A stretch of DNA of 64,000 nucleotides from NCBI RefSeq assembly GCF_001194135.2, contig NC_068992.1, positions 60,768,358-60,832,357 of the forward strand, given 5' to 3'. This document shows, one piece after another, positions 26,036 through 39,777 of this stretch. Under the pieces are notes generated by a model, which was not told the DNA's origin, searched no databases, and saw only the letters and a list, made by a program, of their open reading frames with translations. Each line of letters starts with the position of its first letter. The first letter of the stretch is position 1. This DNA comes from Octopus bimaculoides. Taxonomy: Eukaryota. A program made the translations under genes and the position numbers.

Positions 26036-26289
26036 TAAAAGCGTTTCTCTTTCTTTTTTCCTTTTGAAAATCGTCGGCATTATATAACCTGTGACTTATT
26101 AATTTAATATTATTTTACAAATTTTATAATTTTCATTAAAGTTGGAAATAATTACGATCTGGAGGAAATTAATGAAATGTGTTTTGAATTTTTTCTTCAT
26201 AAAATTTTAATAGTTAAGGAATTAAGATAAAGTGTATACATGCAGAATATTGCCTTGTGAAGATGAACATAGTAACCAATAACCTCAGT

Positions 26290-26610
26290 TTCAGCTGCTT
26301 TATACTATATCAGTAGCATATTCAGTCTTTCTGTATATCACCGGTATATATTGTTTTATCTTATATCAATGCTATATATTGTTTTATCATACATCAGTGG
26401 TATATACTGTTAATCATATCTCAGCGATATATACGCTTTTATCGTATAGCAACAGTTTATATTATTTTATCGTATAGCAATGGTATAATTTGCTTTATAG
26501 TATGTATATGGCACATGCTGTTTTTTCATAAGTATATGGAATATACTATTTTATCACATACCAGAGGTATATACTGTTTCAATGTATGTCAAGAGTGTTT
26601 ATTATTTCAA
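26290..26610. repeat. Degenerate 28-bp minisatellite (about 10-12 units)
   Basis: Units such as gtatatattgttttatcttatatcaatg and ctatatattgttttatcatacatcagtg recur with a 28-bp period. Confidence 0.8.
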
Positions 26611-26628
26611 TATATGATATATATATAA

Positions 26629-26703
<75 letters not shown>

Positions 26704-26706
26704 TAT

Positions 26707-26748
<42 letters not shown>

Positions 26749-26819
26749 ATTGTTCTATCTTGAGCTCTGGGACGCATCAGTCCTGTTGTGAGGTTTTCAT
26801 GGCGTATAATTGAGCGAGA

Positions 26820-26990
26820 TCACGTCCATGACGCCGGTCTGTCAAAGGCTTCCTCCTTTACAGGCGAATGATCTGGGGCAACGTGAAATGAAGTGTTTTG
26901 TACAAGAACCTCTCGGTCCGGAGATCGAAACCACGATCCGACGATTGTGAGTGCAAAACACTTTCCACTGAGTTACGTACCTTCACTTTA
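26820..26990 (-). mobile_element. SINE family C 5' part, minus strand
   Basis: caacgtgaaatgaagtgttttgtacaagaac...ccactgagttacgtaccttcact. Confidence 0.75.
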
Positions 26991-27002
26991 ATATAGGAAG
27001 CC

Positions 27003-27315
27003 AGTGAAGGTGCATGGCTCAGTGGTTAGAGCGTCGGGTTCATAATCATGAAGTAGTGAGTTCGGTTCCCGGACGGGCTGTGTGTTGTATTCTTGAGCAA
27101 GACACTTTATTTCACGTTGCTCCAGTTCACTCAGCTTTAGAAATGGGTTGCGACGTCATTGATGCTTAGTTGCATCGGCCTTTGCCCTTCCCTTGGAAAT
27201 CAACGGTGGCGTGGAGAGAGGAAACTGGTATTCATGGGCGACTGCCGGTCTTCCATAAACAACCTTGCCAGGACTTGTGCAATTCCATAATCATTCATGA
27301 CCGAAGGGGGTCTTT
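27003..27315 (+). mobile_element. SINE family C, near full-length
   Basis: gtgaaggtgcatggctcagtggttagagcgtcggg (A box), gagttcggttccc (B box), cttgagcaagacactttatttcacgttgctccag core. Confidence 0.9.
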
Positions 27316-27698
27316 ACTTTTTATTAATATATCATATATCAATGGTGGGTATTGATTTTATCGTGTGTAAAGGGTATAATCTAGTTTATCCTCTGTCAAT
27401 GGTGGATATCGATTTTCATTGGAATCAATCACTTTGACAGAAACCCTCTTCAGAACGCTCTTATCTTTACTCTTATCATCACGTTAAATATCTTTTTTCC
27501 GTCCATAAATTACAAAGGGTAAACAGTACAAATGATTAGCAAAATTAATATTTATTGAATAATTAGAGGAAATTATCAAACTGAATGTATATAATCAAAG
27601 AAATTTTATGAAGCTACAAATATTTTAGCATTAGCGTGAAAATAACTGTAAACGTTCTATAATATGTGTGTGTGTATGTGTGAGTGTATGTGTGTATG

Positions 27699-27732
<34 letters not shown>

Positions 27733-28534
27733 NNNNNNNNNNNNNNNNNNNNNNNNNNNNNNNNNNNNNNNNNNNNNNNNNNNNNNNNNNNNNNNNNNNN
27801 NNNNNNNNNNNNNNNNNNNNNNNNNNNNNNNNNNNNNNNNNNNNNNNNNNNNNNNNNNNNNNNNNNNNNNNNNNNNNNNNNNNNNNNNNNNNNNNNNNNN
27901 NNNNNNNNNNNNNNNNNNNNNNNNNNNNNNNNNNNNNNNNNNNNNNNNNNNNNNNNNNNNNNNNNNNNNNNNNNNNNNNNNNNNNNNNNNNNNNNNNNNN
28001 NNNNNNNNNNNNNNNNNNNNNNNNNNNNNNNNNNNNNNNNNNNNNNNNNNNNNNNNNNNNNNNNNNNNNNNNNNNNNNNNNNNNNNNNNNNNNNNNNNNN
28101 NNNNNNNNNNNNNNNNNNNNNNNNNNNNNNNNNNNNNNNNNNNNNNNNNNNNNNNNNNNNNNNNNNNNNNNNNNNNNNNNNNNNNNNNNNNNNNNNNNNN
28201 NNNNNNNNNNNNNNNNNNNNNNNNNNNNNNNNNNNNNNNNNNNNNNNNNNNNNNNNNNNNNNNNNNNNNNNNNNNNNNNNNNNNNNNNNNNNNNNNNNNN
28301 NNNNNNNNNNNNNNNNNNNNNNNNNNNNNNNNNNNNNNNNNNNNNNNNNNNNNNNNNNNNNNNNNNNNNNNNNNNNNNNNNNNNNNNNNNNNNNNNNNNN
28401 NNNNNNNNNNNNNNNNNNNNNNNNNNNNNNNNNNNNNNNNNNNNNNNNNNNNNNNNNNNNNNNNNNNNNNNNNNNNNNNNNNNNNNNNNNNNNNNNNNNN
28501 NNNNNNNNNNNNNNNNNNNNNNNNNNNNNNNNNN

Positions 28535-29515
28535 GAAATGTAAGGGGAAAGTAAAAAGAAGACAAAAGCGAAAATGCACATTAGAAATCAAAAAAAGTAA
28601 AGGCTTTTCATGAACAGCAGCGAGAGATATATACTAGATGAATTGAGGTAGGAATAAAAGTAACAAAAGTAATAAAAGTCATCATTGTGAATTGTTAAAG
28701 AGATTCAAAGGCATACCGGTTTCGTAAAATTACTGTTGCCTGCTTTGAATGTGCACCGATTACCGAACGATGTCGGGTGTACTAGTCTCTGAATAAAAAG
28801 ATTATGTGTAGGGAGGTAATTCTGGATTTGGTGCAATTAGGGTAGATATAAATCTGTAATGTGAATGGTGTATGGGACGTATGGGAGTTAGTGGTATTAA
28901 TTGAAAAGTTAGTAGTGTTCTGTACTATGTTATGTCATATTGAGTCGTGCAAGATATTTATTGATGAAAGTTGCCTCTTTATTCATTCTTTGCTGTACTG
29001 AGGTGTTCTGTGAACATTGATAGAAAGGGAAAATAAATTAGGAAATTAGGATTAAGATTCCTAGCACACCTTTCTGTGTTTTCACTGAGCTGTATCTGTC
29101 TGTATTGTGGGTGGCGGATTTGTTCTTTGTAGAGAGTGGTTGTTCGACGGAGTGATATTCCTGTTTGGCCAATATATTGATTACCACACCCTAAGCATGT
29201 AATGGTATAGATTAGGTTCCCCGAGGCACAGGTGAAATATTTCACCTTGTTTAAAGTGGAACTCTGAACCCTCCAAAAGTTGGGGGTATGCGCCACACTT
29301 AGGTCGACAAAATTTTTTCACTTTGGTTCCGTTGTTAATGGATATAGTCTTGCGCTGGTTAATATTTTTTTCAATGATTTCGGTTGCAATTTGCTTTTGA
29401 TAATTTTCTGCGAGCCTAAAATTTTGTTCATTGTTTTATCTCCTGTGAGGATGGGTAGATATTGGATGATAATGTTGAAGGCTTCATTGTTTCTAGGGTT
29501 ATGTGTGGAGATGTA
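28535..29515 (-). mobile_element. Penelope-like element 3' remnant: linker, GIY-YIG endonuclease and terminal region
   Basis: ILPYISTHNPRNNEAFNII...KIIKSKLQPKSLKKILT (linker), then FTCASGNLIYTITCLGCGNQYIGQTG...IRHPQYRQIQLSE (GIY-YIG). A hammerhead relic at 28709-28741 and a pyrimidine-rich tail follow. Frameshifted. Confidence 0.9.
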
Positions 29516-29549
29516 TGGGAGTATTTTAAAGTCTGGTGTAGTATTTCAG

Positions 29550-29582
<33 letters not shown>

Positions 29583-29677
29583 TTATACTTATGCATATGT
29601 ACACATATATATATACATATACACACATATATGTATATATGTATTGATATACTTATGTATTTATGCATACATGTGTG

Positions 29678-30020
29678 TGTGAAGGCGCATGGCTGAGTGG
29701 TTAGAGCGTCGAGCTTACGATCATGAGGTTGTGAGTTCGATTCCCGGACTGTGCTGCGTGTTGTGTTCTTGGGAAAAACCGGCTCCAGTTCACTCAGCTT
29801 TAGAAATGAGCTGCGACGTCACTGGCAGCCATGCTGTATCGGCCTTTGCCTTTCTCTTGGATAATATCGGTGGTGTGAATAGGGGATGTTGGTATGCATG
29901 GGCGACTGCTGATCTTCCATAACCCTAGGTTGTGCGTTCGCCGCTGAGGCGAATTTCGCCCCGACTTGTACCCCGGAAGGAAACCTCTTAGGTGCACCCA
30001 TACTCATTTGTGGCCGACGG
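29678..30020 (+). mobile_element. SINE family C copy
   Basis: gtgaaggcgcatggctgagtggttagagcgtcg...gagttcgattcccggac. Confidence 0.9.
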
Positions 30021-30108
30021 AGTCGAGATTTTATATATATATATACACATATATATGTATAGATATGCTTGTATATTTATGCATATATATATATATATAT
30101 ATGTGTAT

Positions 30109-30139
<31 letters not shown>

Positions 30140-30533
30140 GTATAATTTTTATTTTTGCTTTTTAATTGTTTCAATCAATTGACTGCGCCCATGCTGGGGT
30201 ACCACCTTGAAGAAATTTACAACTAATTTATTGAAGGTGAAACAACTGTATTTCTGGACGATAGGAATCAAATGTGATAACGACATTATTCGTCATTCGT
30301 TTGTGTGCGGTCACAGTGTTGCTGTCGGAATGCAGCCAGTCGGAACAAATGCTATAATGCACCTTGTCCAATACTCTAACATTTCCATCAATAGGCATTC
30401 TGTATATTCTACAGACTCTTCCACTTCACCACTTTAAACCTTACCCAAAGCAAATACATTTTATTGAATCATATGGCGATGGTTCACTTACTGATACGTT
30501 GCCATCTTAGCTCGCTTTTTCTTCCCTCCCTCC

Positions 30534-30575
<42 letters not shown>

Positions 30576-31596
30576 ACACACACACCATCTGCCTTTCCTA
30601 TTACAATGACTTCTCTTCTTCTGAACTAGTTAGCTGCATACATAATTCCACCGACTCATTCCTTTTCCCCTCCTGCCCCTGCAACCCTCGTGATTCGAAA
30701 TACTTCACCCAATCCTCCTGGAATCTAAGCCCTGACAACGTTGTTTCTGCAACTATTGACTTGTACATGCTAAAGTTGCCAATTAACAGCCTTAATCTTA
30801 GCAGTCTAAAAAGTTCATATACGGGTTTTTGTAGTTTTCTGGTTAACTTGCAAAGAAGTTGAAATTGCTGGGTTTCAGAAATTTATCCGCTGCTGAAAGC
30901 TTTGTGAGAGAAATTTAGTGAACAGGATCTCTGTCGTATGGATGTCTGTTGTCATTTGGTGATATATTTAATTCGCCATATTGTATAACATCACTGCCAC
31001 CGTTTGGTGATTGGAAACCAAGTTAATGGTCAGCGGATAATCTCCCTTTCCTTCACCTGTCGTGGAGGCTCTTAAGAGAGCCATGAAGGCTGCCTACTCT
31101 TCTCGGAATAAAACATTCCAAAAATAAAAACATAACAGATAAGAAGTTACTTCATTTTTAGTCGCTACGAAAAATGCATCGTCTAACAGTTTTATATTTT
31201 CATTGCTATTGAATCTGTAGTGTGTTTGGATTCAAGAGAAATGTTTTTGTTACTTTGATGTTTCTGGATAAGAATCAGCATTAGAATTCAATGGAAATAT
31301 ATTTAAGGTATTTACGATTAAAAGAAATAGGTTTCTGTAATGTGTTTGTATGAACATTTGTATGCTTCTTTTAATCATAGATAAGATAGTTAAGATAACT
31401 ACAGCTAACCTATAATAGTTATTTCGTGGCGAATAGTAGGAGCTGTACTTTTGTATTACCTTCTTTTTCAGTGTAAATATAAATAATCATGATATGAAAG
31501 CTGATAGTAAATGCTTGGTTATATCTATTTTCGAATCGGAATATTATTTTGTAAATCAGAGTAAATACTTGCACTATCACTATGCTGCAAACTTTA

Positions 31597-31830
31597 AGGT
31601 GGCGAGCTGGTAGGATCGTTAGCAGATGGTGTGTCTAGGATCGTATTTATGTTCTGAGTTCAAATTCCCCCGAGGGCGAATTTTGCCTTTCGTCCTTTTG
31701 AAAACTGGGTCGGTCTAATCAACTTAGTCCCTCCCCGAAAATGCTGTCCTTGTAAGAAAATTTGAAATAAGGCGCCGAACTGGCAGTATCGTTAGCACGC
31801 CGGGTCTTGCACCTAAATTCGAAACCAATA
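31597..31830 (+). mobile_element. SINE family A copy plus the head of a second copy
   Basis: aaggtggcgagctggtagg...gttctgagttcaaattcccccgagg; aaggcgccgaactggcagtatcgttagcacgccggg. Confidence 0.8.
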
Positions 31831-32210
31831 TACGGCAAACTGTGAGCTCGTAGGCTATAAAAACAGGGAGTGACTGTTGTGAATACACGAAGAGACAATC
31901 GCATTAACTCTTACATCCAAAAACCTAGCTACCGAGAAACAGCGTTCGAATCACTATAATTCTTCAATTCATTTTCAGCTTTATTTCCTCGAAAAGTCCA
32001 TGCAACTTCATGTTAGGTTCCTTCAATGGAAAATTCAATAATTTTAGCTGTCTTAATCTAAAATAAATACCTCTCGGTTTACAATTTCTTTCATTACAAT
32101 TTATTTGTCCAAGAATCATGCAACAGAGTCTAAATGTCTTTACGAACGTTTACCAAAGAAACAACAATCACTGATATTATCGATTTTTAAATTTTTTATT
32201 CTTTCTTTCT

Positions 32211-32249
<39 letters not shown>

Positions 32250-34459
32250 TTTCTTCCTTCATATNNNNNNNNNNNNNNNNNNNNNNNNNNNNNNNNNNNN
32301 NNNNNNNNNNNNNNNNNNNNNNNNNNNNNNNNNNNNNNNNNNNNNNNNNNNNNNNNNNNNNNNNNNNNNNNNNNNNNNNNNNNNNNNNNNNNNNNNNNNN
32401 NNNNNNNNNNNNNNNNNNNNNNNNNNNNNNNNNNNNNNNNNNNNNNNNNNNNNNNNNNNNNNNNNNNNNNNNNNNNNNNNNNNNNNNNNNNNNNNNNNNN
32501 NNNNNNNNNNNNNGGAATATTGTTGTTTTTTCATTTAGCTAAGTAAATGTTACAATCCAAAGGTTTAGGTAATACATCAAAATTTAAATTTTCAAACTTG
32601 AAATATTTTCTTTGTTTCCCGTAATTCCGTAATACGCTTCTGTTTATCAGCCATATAAACGGAGCCGTCTTTAATTTTTGCCTAAACCCTCCCACCTTCA
32701 CCCCCAAAAATGCGGTTTGTTGATATAATGGATGACGACAACAAAATCTCTTTAAACACTGGCAGGAACTGAGAAAAGTTTTCGGAAGATAAATATTTTA
32801 TTTCCAGTTGCGCATAAAGAGTATCTCTGATTCTAGTAGAAAGTTTCTCTATTTTTTTCCACTTGACATATACATATTCAGAAACCGTTGATAAGTACAA
32901 TGTTATGTCAGCATTGACTCAAAAGCTATATCCGATTATATTTAATGTCAATTTATTGATGGGAGGCTCTTTGAAAGTATTGCAGTAACTCATACAATCA
33001 ATTTCAAACAACGAAAATAACGGCTATTTGATTGTGTTCCCTCCAAGTTAAATTAATGTCAAGAGAACGTATACATAGAACAGAGGAAAATAAAACAGAT
33101 ACCTAGAGATAAGAGGTTTAGTCTGCTCAAAGAAAAGTAAAAACTTCTGCAATATGGTCCGATAATTCCGTTTGATCAAAATACTTTGTGATAACTTATT
33201 AATAGACAAAAACTGTTGGAAAAGTATTTTGAGTATGACAACGACAAAATCTGCCTTATCTTTCATTGCACAAGAATCGATACTAACGGTGGTTTGAAAA
33301 TTACGTTTTATCAATTTATTACAACTTGTTTCACTCCACAAATTAAAAAAAAAAAGAATAGCTATCTTTATTTGGAAATGTTAATTATTGGTTTGCTTCA
33401 GTAAAGACACAAATTCAAGTTGCAGGAGAGGATTGGAATTACCCAATTGTATTGCTGGCACTAATTGTAGCTATGCTTCAGAGCTGAAAACCAAAGTCAG
33501 TCTCATGCATTCCTATTACTGTTCAGAATACGTCGTTTTGTATCTTGTTTACTAGTTTCTTTTTGTGAACATAATGTTCACATAATTTATGTTGAGTGTA
33601 CGTTTAAGTTTATTATTAGAACAAAAACAAATCTGGGAACAATCATTTTAATGGCATGGTGGAATATATTTGCAGGTAACAGGGACGACAAAGAAGCACT
33701 TAAGCCTCCTCTTGCCTATAGACTCTGGACGCATTCTTTTACATGTTCAGTATACGTGTTCAAATAGAAAATTCGATTTCCAAACATTGTAAGATAATTT
33801 ACTGATATCAAGAGCAGAAACATCATTTTCTCGAAATTCCCATAGCAATGGATCACTGAGAAGTGACATAGGAGAAGAGGTACCTTGCAAATCTGAACGA
33901 GGGTCACTGAACAGAGAGAAGGACTGAAAATGTTGCAGATTGTGATTGACGAAAACTGTTTTACTCGAAATAATCAACGTTTGAGTGCATTTACTGCTGA
34001 TGGCAGCCGATGTAGAACAGAAAGTTCACCAACCAGTGTTGTTATATTCGGGAGGAAGAGACGTATGTAAAATATGGATGCGTAATGCACAGCCGTGAAT
34101 AACTGTAGCTCCATCTATATCACACTATACTGTCTGCAAAACTGAAACTGCAGATTAAATAATATAGTTCTATATATCTTTGAAGAGGTAATGTTACCAT
34201 AGATCAACGCAATCAGAATTAAAGTTTGGACTATACAACAACAAATCTGAAAGCAACCATCTCAGGTAACAGAGATGCCCAAGAAACATTTCAGCCTCCT
34301 CTTGCCAATATACTCTGGATGCATTGTCGCTGGTAATGTTTGAATAGCCGAGCTTTCGACTGCATATATGGAATTCAGTAAATTGTGCTACCAAAAGGTA
34401 TCAAAGGTTCTCCCTGATCCAGAAGCTCATAAGACCGATATCGCGGATTTTGTGGCGTA

Positions 34460-34645
34460 AATGCATTTACTCCTGGGTGGGACACCAGTCCATCGCTGTA
34501 TTATTCATATTTGCCGCCTGATTGAACTGAAAGCAAGTGAAAGGAAATGTTTTGCTCAAGAACAAAATGAATCATCCGGTCCATGAATGAAAACCGAGAT
34601 CTTACAATCAAGAGTGCATCGCCCTAACAACTAAACCACATGCCT
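34460..34645 (-). mobile_element. SINE family C-related copy
   Basis: gtgaaaggaaatgttttgctcaagaac...ctaaaccacatgcctc (reverse-complement head). Confidence 0.6.
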
Positions 34646-34741
34646 CTACGAACTGCGTGTATTATTCACATTTACACACACAGACACACTCACATTCATG
34701 CACATTTATCTATGTATATAGATATATGCACAAATATATAT

Positions 34742-34794
<53 letters not shown>

Positions 34795-34857
34795 TATATA
34801 TATATCTATATATATATATACATATATATATACGAACACACTACGTATACATATTTG

Positions 34858-34892
<35 letters not shown>

Positions 34893-35582
34893 TACATATA
34901 TATATATGCGTGTATTTATATGAGCTTATATATATATATATATATACATATATATATAAGTGAATGCATACACATACACATATATATGTATGTGCGTATG
35001 TGTGTATGTGTGTGTGTGCATATGTATTTATATATACATATATACAATATTGTATGTATAAAAATTACTGATGATTTAACTGTTTTACTTAAACGTCATA
35101 TTGCAGCACAAAATATATCCACATATTTTACCCAAGGTTATGTAATAATGTAAAAGATTATGTAAAACATTTTGCAATTATGTAATATATATGTATGTCA
35201 TGTATATGTCTGTGTATGTTTATGTGCGCATGTATATATGTATGTGTATGTATATATGCATTTATATACATATATATATATATATATGTGTATATNNNNN
35301 NNNNNNNNNNNNNNNNNNNNNNNNNNNNNNNNNNNNNNNNNNNNNNNNNNNNNNNNNNNNNNNNNNNNNNNNNNNNNNNNNNNNNNNNNNNNNNNNNNNN
35401 NNNNNNNNNNNNNNNNNNNNNNNNNNNNNNNNNNNNNNNNNNNNNNNNNNNNNNNNNNNNNNNNNNNNNNNNNNNNNNNNNNNNNNNNNNNNNNNNNNNN
35501 NNNNNNNNNNNNNNNNNNNNNNNNNNNNNNNNNNNNNNNNNNNNNNNNNNNNNNNNNNNNNNNNNNNNNNNNNNNNNNNNNN

Positions 35583-35643
<61 letters not shown>

Positions 35644-37574
35644 GTGTGAGTATGTGCGTGCTTGTGTAGATATACACAAAACCACTAATTTTACTTATTA
35701 GATGTTTAATAATCTTGTAACATTGTTCGTTATATATTCACTGCAATCATGCTGTTTTCTCGATTACCGCTACTTTAGATCAAATAAAATATTTAATGGC
35801 GTTCGACCATGAAAATTTCATAATAACAAGGAATACATCATATCTGACATCTTCTAGTAAATAAATAAGTAAATAAATAGAGAAATAGATGAATAAAATA
35901 TACGAAAGCAATAAGAAATATGCACTAATCAATATAGTATCCATTTTAGAAGATTTGTTGCTCGGAATATATTCGTCTCGTGGTTAAAACTACAAGCAAA
36001 AATTATGTTAGGGCGTTTTCATGTTTGAAAACAGAATGAAAATTAATATAGAATATGGAGTATGATGGATATTACAAAATTCTATTTATGGAAAATGCTT
36101 TTAGCCTGAATTTTTAACCACTATTTAATGAAAACAAAATTTTAATAAACAAACGAACTAAAGCTTGTTATAGTTGTAAAAGGAAAAGAATAGAAGACAA
36201 CGTATAAAATGCCAAGAAATCTTCCATATTTAGTGGTTTCGTTTGGTAATGCTTAAGACATCAATAGCAACAACGGAAATTGTAGTTAAAATAATTCCAT
36301 GATTCAACTCAAGTTAATTATACTAATACGTGACGCATATCCTTGTAATTCCCTTTCTCCGGTTTACGGCTGCATAAACATTTCACAGCTCACATTTCAC
36401 TAACAGCTCACATTTCATTGAATAAAATCAGTGAAAGAAGGCAAGCTGTTGAGAGAGCTTAGAAGTAATTTCATAAATTTCGAAAAATTTCTTTTAAATT
36501 TTGTTTTATTATTATCTAAAAGACGTGCTGATTTTCACATTTAACATTTCAAATAAATCACATTCTGCTTGTAAATTAACAATTGACGATTCCAAATACC
36601 CGCTCTGTTTTTATGATTTAGTATTCTTTCACTCAGTAATTCCGAAGTGTTTCGTCCTTTATAATCCAAAGTGTTTATTTCCTTTTAAGCGAGGTTTACT
36701 CTCTCGCTTAAAAACAAAACACAACGTGCTTTCTTTTTCTTACATCAGCATGAAATTAGAATGAGTGCATATAAACTGAAAATATTTCTCACACGTATTC
36801 ATGTCCGACCGAATTATCTCCCTTAAGGCCACTATCCAATTTGCATTCGTATCTTGCGAGGACTGTTAAAAAAATTGAAGTGTATCATTAAGAATTAAAT
36901 CAAAACAAGAAGAAAGTTGCTATACATATTGAGATTGACTATGTATAGTATGCAGTAATTGTCAGAACATAACATCCATAGATAACATTTAATTCTCACT
37001 GGCATAGTTATCTTAACAGCAAACTATCGTAGAAGTGGAACGCAACACTGGAAACCAGTAGAAATACTTTATATTCAGAGTGCTTTTTGTGTATCTTTCG
37101 TTTCTAGATCAGGGTTAGAACATAACGGTACGTCAAAACCAATATATTACTTCTGAAGTCTTCTACAATATTATCAGAAGTGGCTTACATACATGTAATT
37201 GTAACAAGCAGATTCAAGACAATGAATGAGTGTCTACGTCATTGCTTTGTCTGTTAGAAATAGAGGCCAAAAATCTTTCAAATCATATACCCTATCATTT
37301 ATACAAAAACCAAGAAGACATTGCTCAGCAGATAGTATTTCGAGATGTAAAAAAGATAGTAGGATCATGGTTGGAATGCTTTTGATCAAACATAGGTTAA
37401 CTATATCAAGGCCTACTAGGAGTTCAACAACATGAACAATGATAATTCAATATTTAACATTCATGAATAATATGTGTACATAAAGTAATGGCTTTTCAAA
37501 CCTGTCTTGAAGATGCCCTTCCATGATTTACTAAACCTACCTAAGGGGACATGATTCCATTATCATTATTATTT

Positions 37575-37705
37575 TTTGTAGCCCACCGAGGTCGACTTTG
37601 CCTTTCATCCTTTCGTGGTCGATAAATTGAGTACCAGTTGCGTACTAGGGTCGATTTAATCGACTGGCCCCCTCCCCTAAAATTTCGGTCCTTGTGCCTA
37701 TTATT
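37575..37705 (+). mobile_element. 5'-truncated SINE family A copy
   Basis: cccaccgaggtcgactttgcctttcatcctttcgtggtcgataaattgagtaccagttgcgtac. Confidence 0.85.
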
Positions 37706-38802
37706 TTTGTCGCAAAAACATAATGTTCTAGGCATAGAGAAAGGATTTTACAGACAGAACTATTAGGAAACCACGAAGCCTCATGTTTTTTCAGTTCATC
37801 TTGTTAAAACTGGTGAAATAAGACCAAGATTTTTTTTCCTTCTGCGAGAATTTTGGCTTTTGAAATTAGTATGTGTCTGCAGGCTGTTGATAAGTGAATG
37901 CTAGCTGTTGTAGACTATAGTGATATTTGCTATATGTCATCAACTAATGTAGGTAATGAATAAAACCTCTTTGACAATATCTATAAATTTCTCGCCAGTG
38001 TGTTCTGCTTCCCTGTGAAGTTCCCATGCACCACTGTATTTTATTTACAAGCGAACGAGACAACCGCAATGTGGTCAATCGGCTCACAAAATATAACCAA
38101 CCAAACTTCGTTCAAACTATATATTACCGGCTTTAATAAAGGATAAATTTGACTATGTATTTCCTAATATACAAAGTGTGAGGATATTCAACTTGGAACA
38201 TCATTGGTCATAGGTCTACTCGATCATAGACAACATGGCACCAAGTACACTTCTCGAAAATAACAACTGCACTTGTCAGACAGCATTTCAGACCTACTGC
38301 GTGTGGATGTGATGGACCTTGTTTAAAATCCCGAATCTGATCACTCTAGTCAATAAATCAATCATCAACCAAATTATGTGACCTCTGCTCATGGCTTGCT
38401 CGTCAGAAGAAATTTAACCCATTGAAGAAAGCAAAGCTGTAATTGATTAAATCTTGTTTCTAATCATTATTAAAATGTTATTTCTATGCCAATATAATGC
38501 TATGACATTCTTTGTTGTTAAGAAGAAAAACAATTTGTAGAATGAATCTTACCGGGTAATATTCGTTACAAATTGCACAAGCTCAAGATATTTTAGGATT
38601 CAGGAGAGACCTTAGTTGATTATGTCTAGAAATTCAGGATATTAGTAGTGAAGAAATCAAACCCGACAGAACTTCATAGCCAGTAGGATCGGCAATGGAA
38701 GCTTTCTCGATCAAATCAAACTTGAGTGAGAAAAAGGATATGTTATATCTAGCGGAAAAACTCATTTCATAACAATTTGATATGCTGCACATTTTCATCA
38801 TA

Positions 38803-38837
<35 letters not shown>

Positions 38838-39706
38838 TTTGGTGTTTGATATAAGTTTCTCAGGATCAAAGAGTTCACAAGGGAAATCAACGTTAAAGTC
38901 TAAGAAAATCGCGCATGCCTACTGATTTATATAATAATGATGATATTGGGTTGCTTAATAATAAAGCTGTATATTTAGCTTACAGACCAGAGTGAGACTA
39001 AGTTCAATTCTTTGTCTTTTCATCAACAGAGGCAACCATTAATAGTTAATCAACCATATTAAACACAAGACATGAGGAAATAACGGTCGTGGTTTTCATG
39101 GTTGTAGAGAAAGCATTATAAATGTAATAAAGTTCCTTCTATTGAGAGTCGAAATTGAGCTAAAAACTTTTACATATGATTCAGACAATGTATAACATTT
39201 TTTATTTTATTTTTTTTTATATAAAAAATGTCATTAAAGTATTTTATCACAAAGAGAGCCGAACTGCAAGCATGTATCTTACTATTTTCTCTTCTTTCCA
39301 CTTTATTAATTTCAGTCACTGAACTGTGACTATATTCAACGGTTTTCTGTTTTTGGTTTGTTTTATGGGATCGAAGTGTCAAGTAGATTAGAGAAGATCC
39401 GTGACCTAGTTGTTACATAACTTGGCTCCCGCTCATGAGGTCATGGATTCGAATCCGGATCCGGGATGCACATCATTTGCTTAGTCAAGATACTTTTCTT
39501 CACGTATCTCTTGTCCACTCAACCAGAAAAAAGACAAGTCCTAAGACAGACAAAGCGGAAGTCAGAGTCAAGTTAGCGCAGCAGCGTTAACGAGTCAGTG
39601 GTCCATTTCAAATCTCAGATATATAAATATGTATATATATGTAAGTCTATGTGTGTGTGTGTGTATACTCACATATGTGCGTATGCATATGTATGTGTGT
39701 GTGTAT

Positions 39707-39777
<71 letters not shown>

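Noticed and set aside
26290-26610. 28-bp periodic repeat as a possible CRISPR array
   Set aside because: Units are contiguous and degenerate with no unique spacers. The context is eukaryotic and there are no cas genes.
30590-30875. About 94-codon open minus-strand frame opposite a 132-aa plus ORF
   Set aside because: No domain recognised and no good splice sites. An alternate frame faintly resembles an RTE C-terminus, so it is more likely decayed LINE than an exon.
37960-38035. Minus-strand HTGEK peptide (ELHREAEHTGEKF) suggesting a C2H2 zinc finger
   Set aside because: There is no upstream CxxC, an in-frame stop lies a few codons upstream and there is no good acceptor; likely chance.
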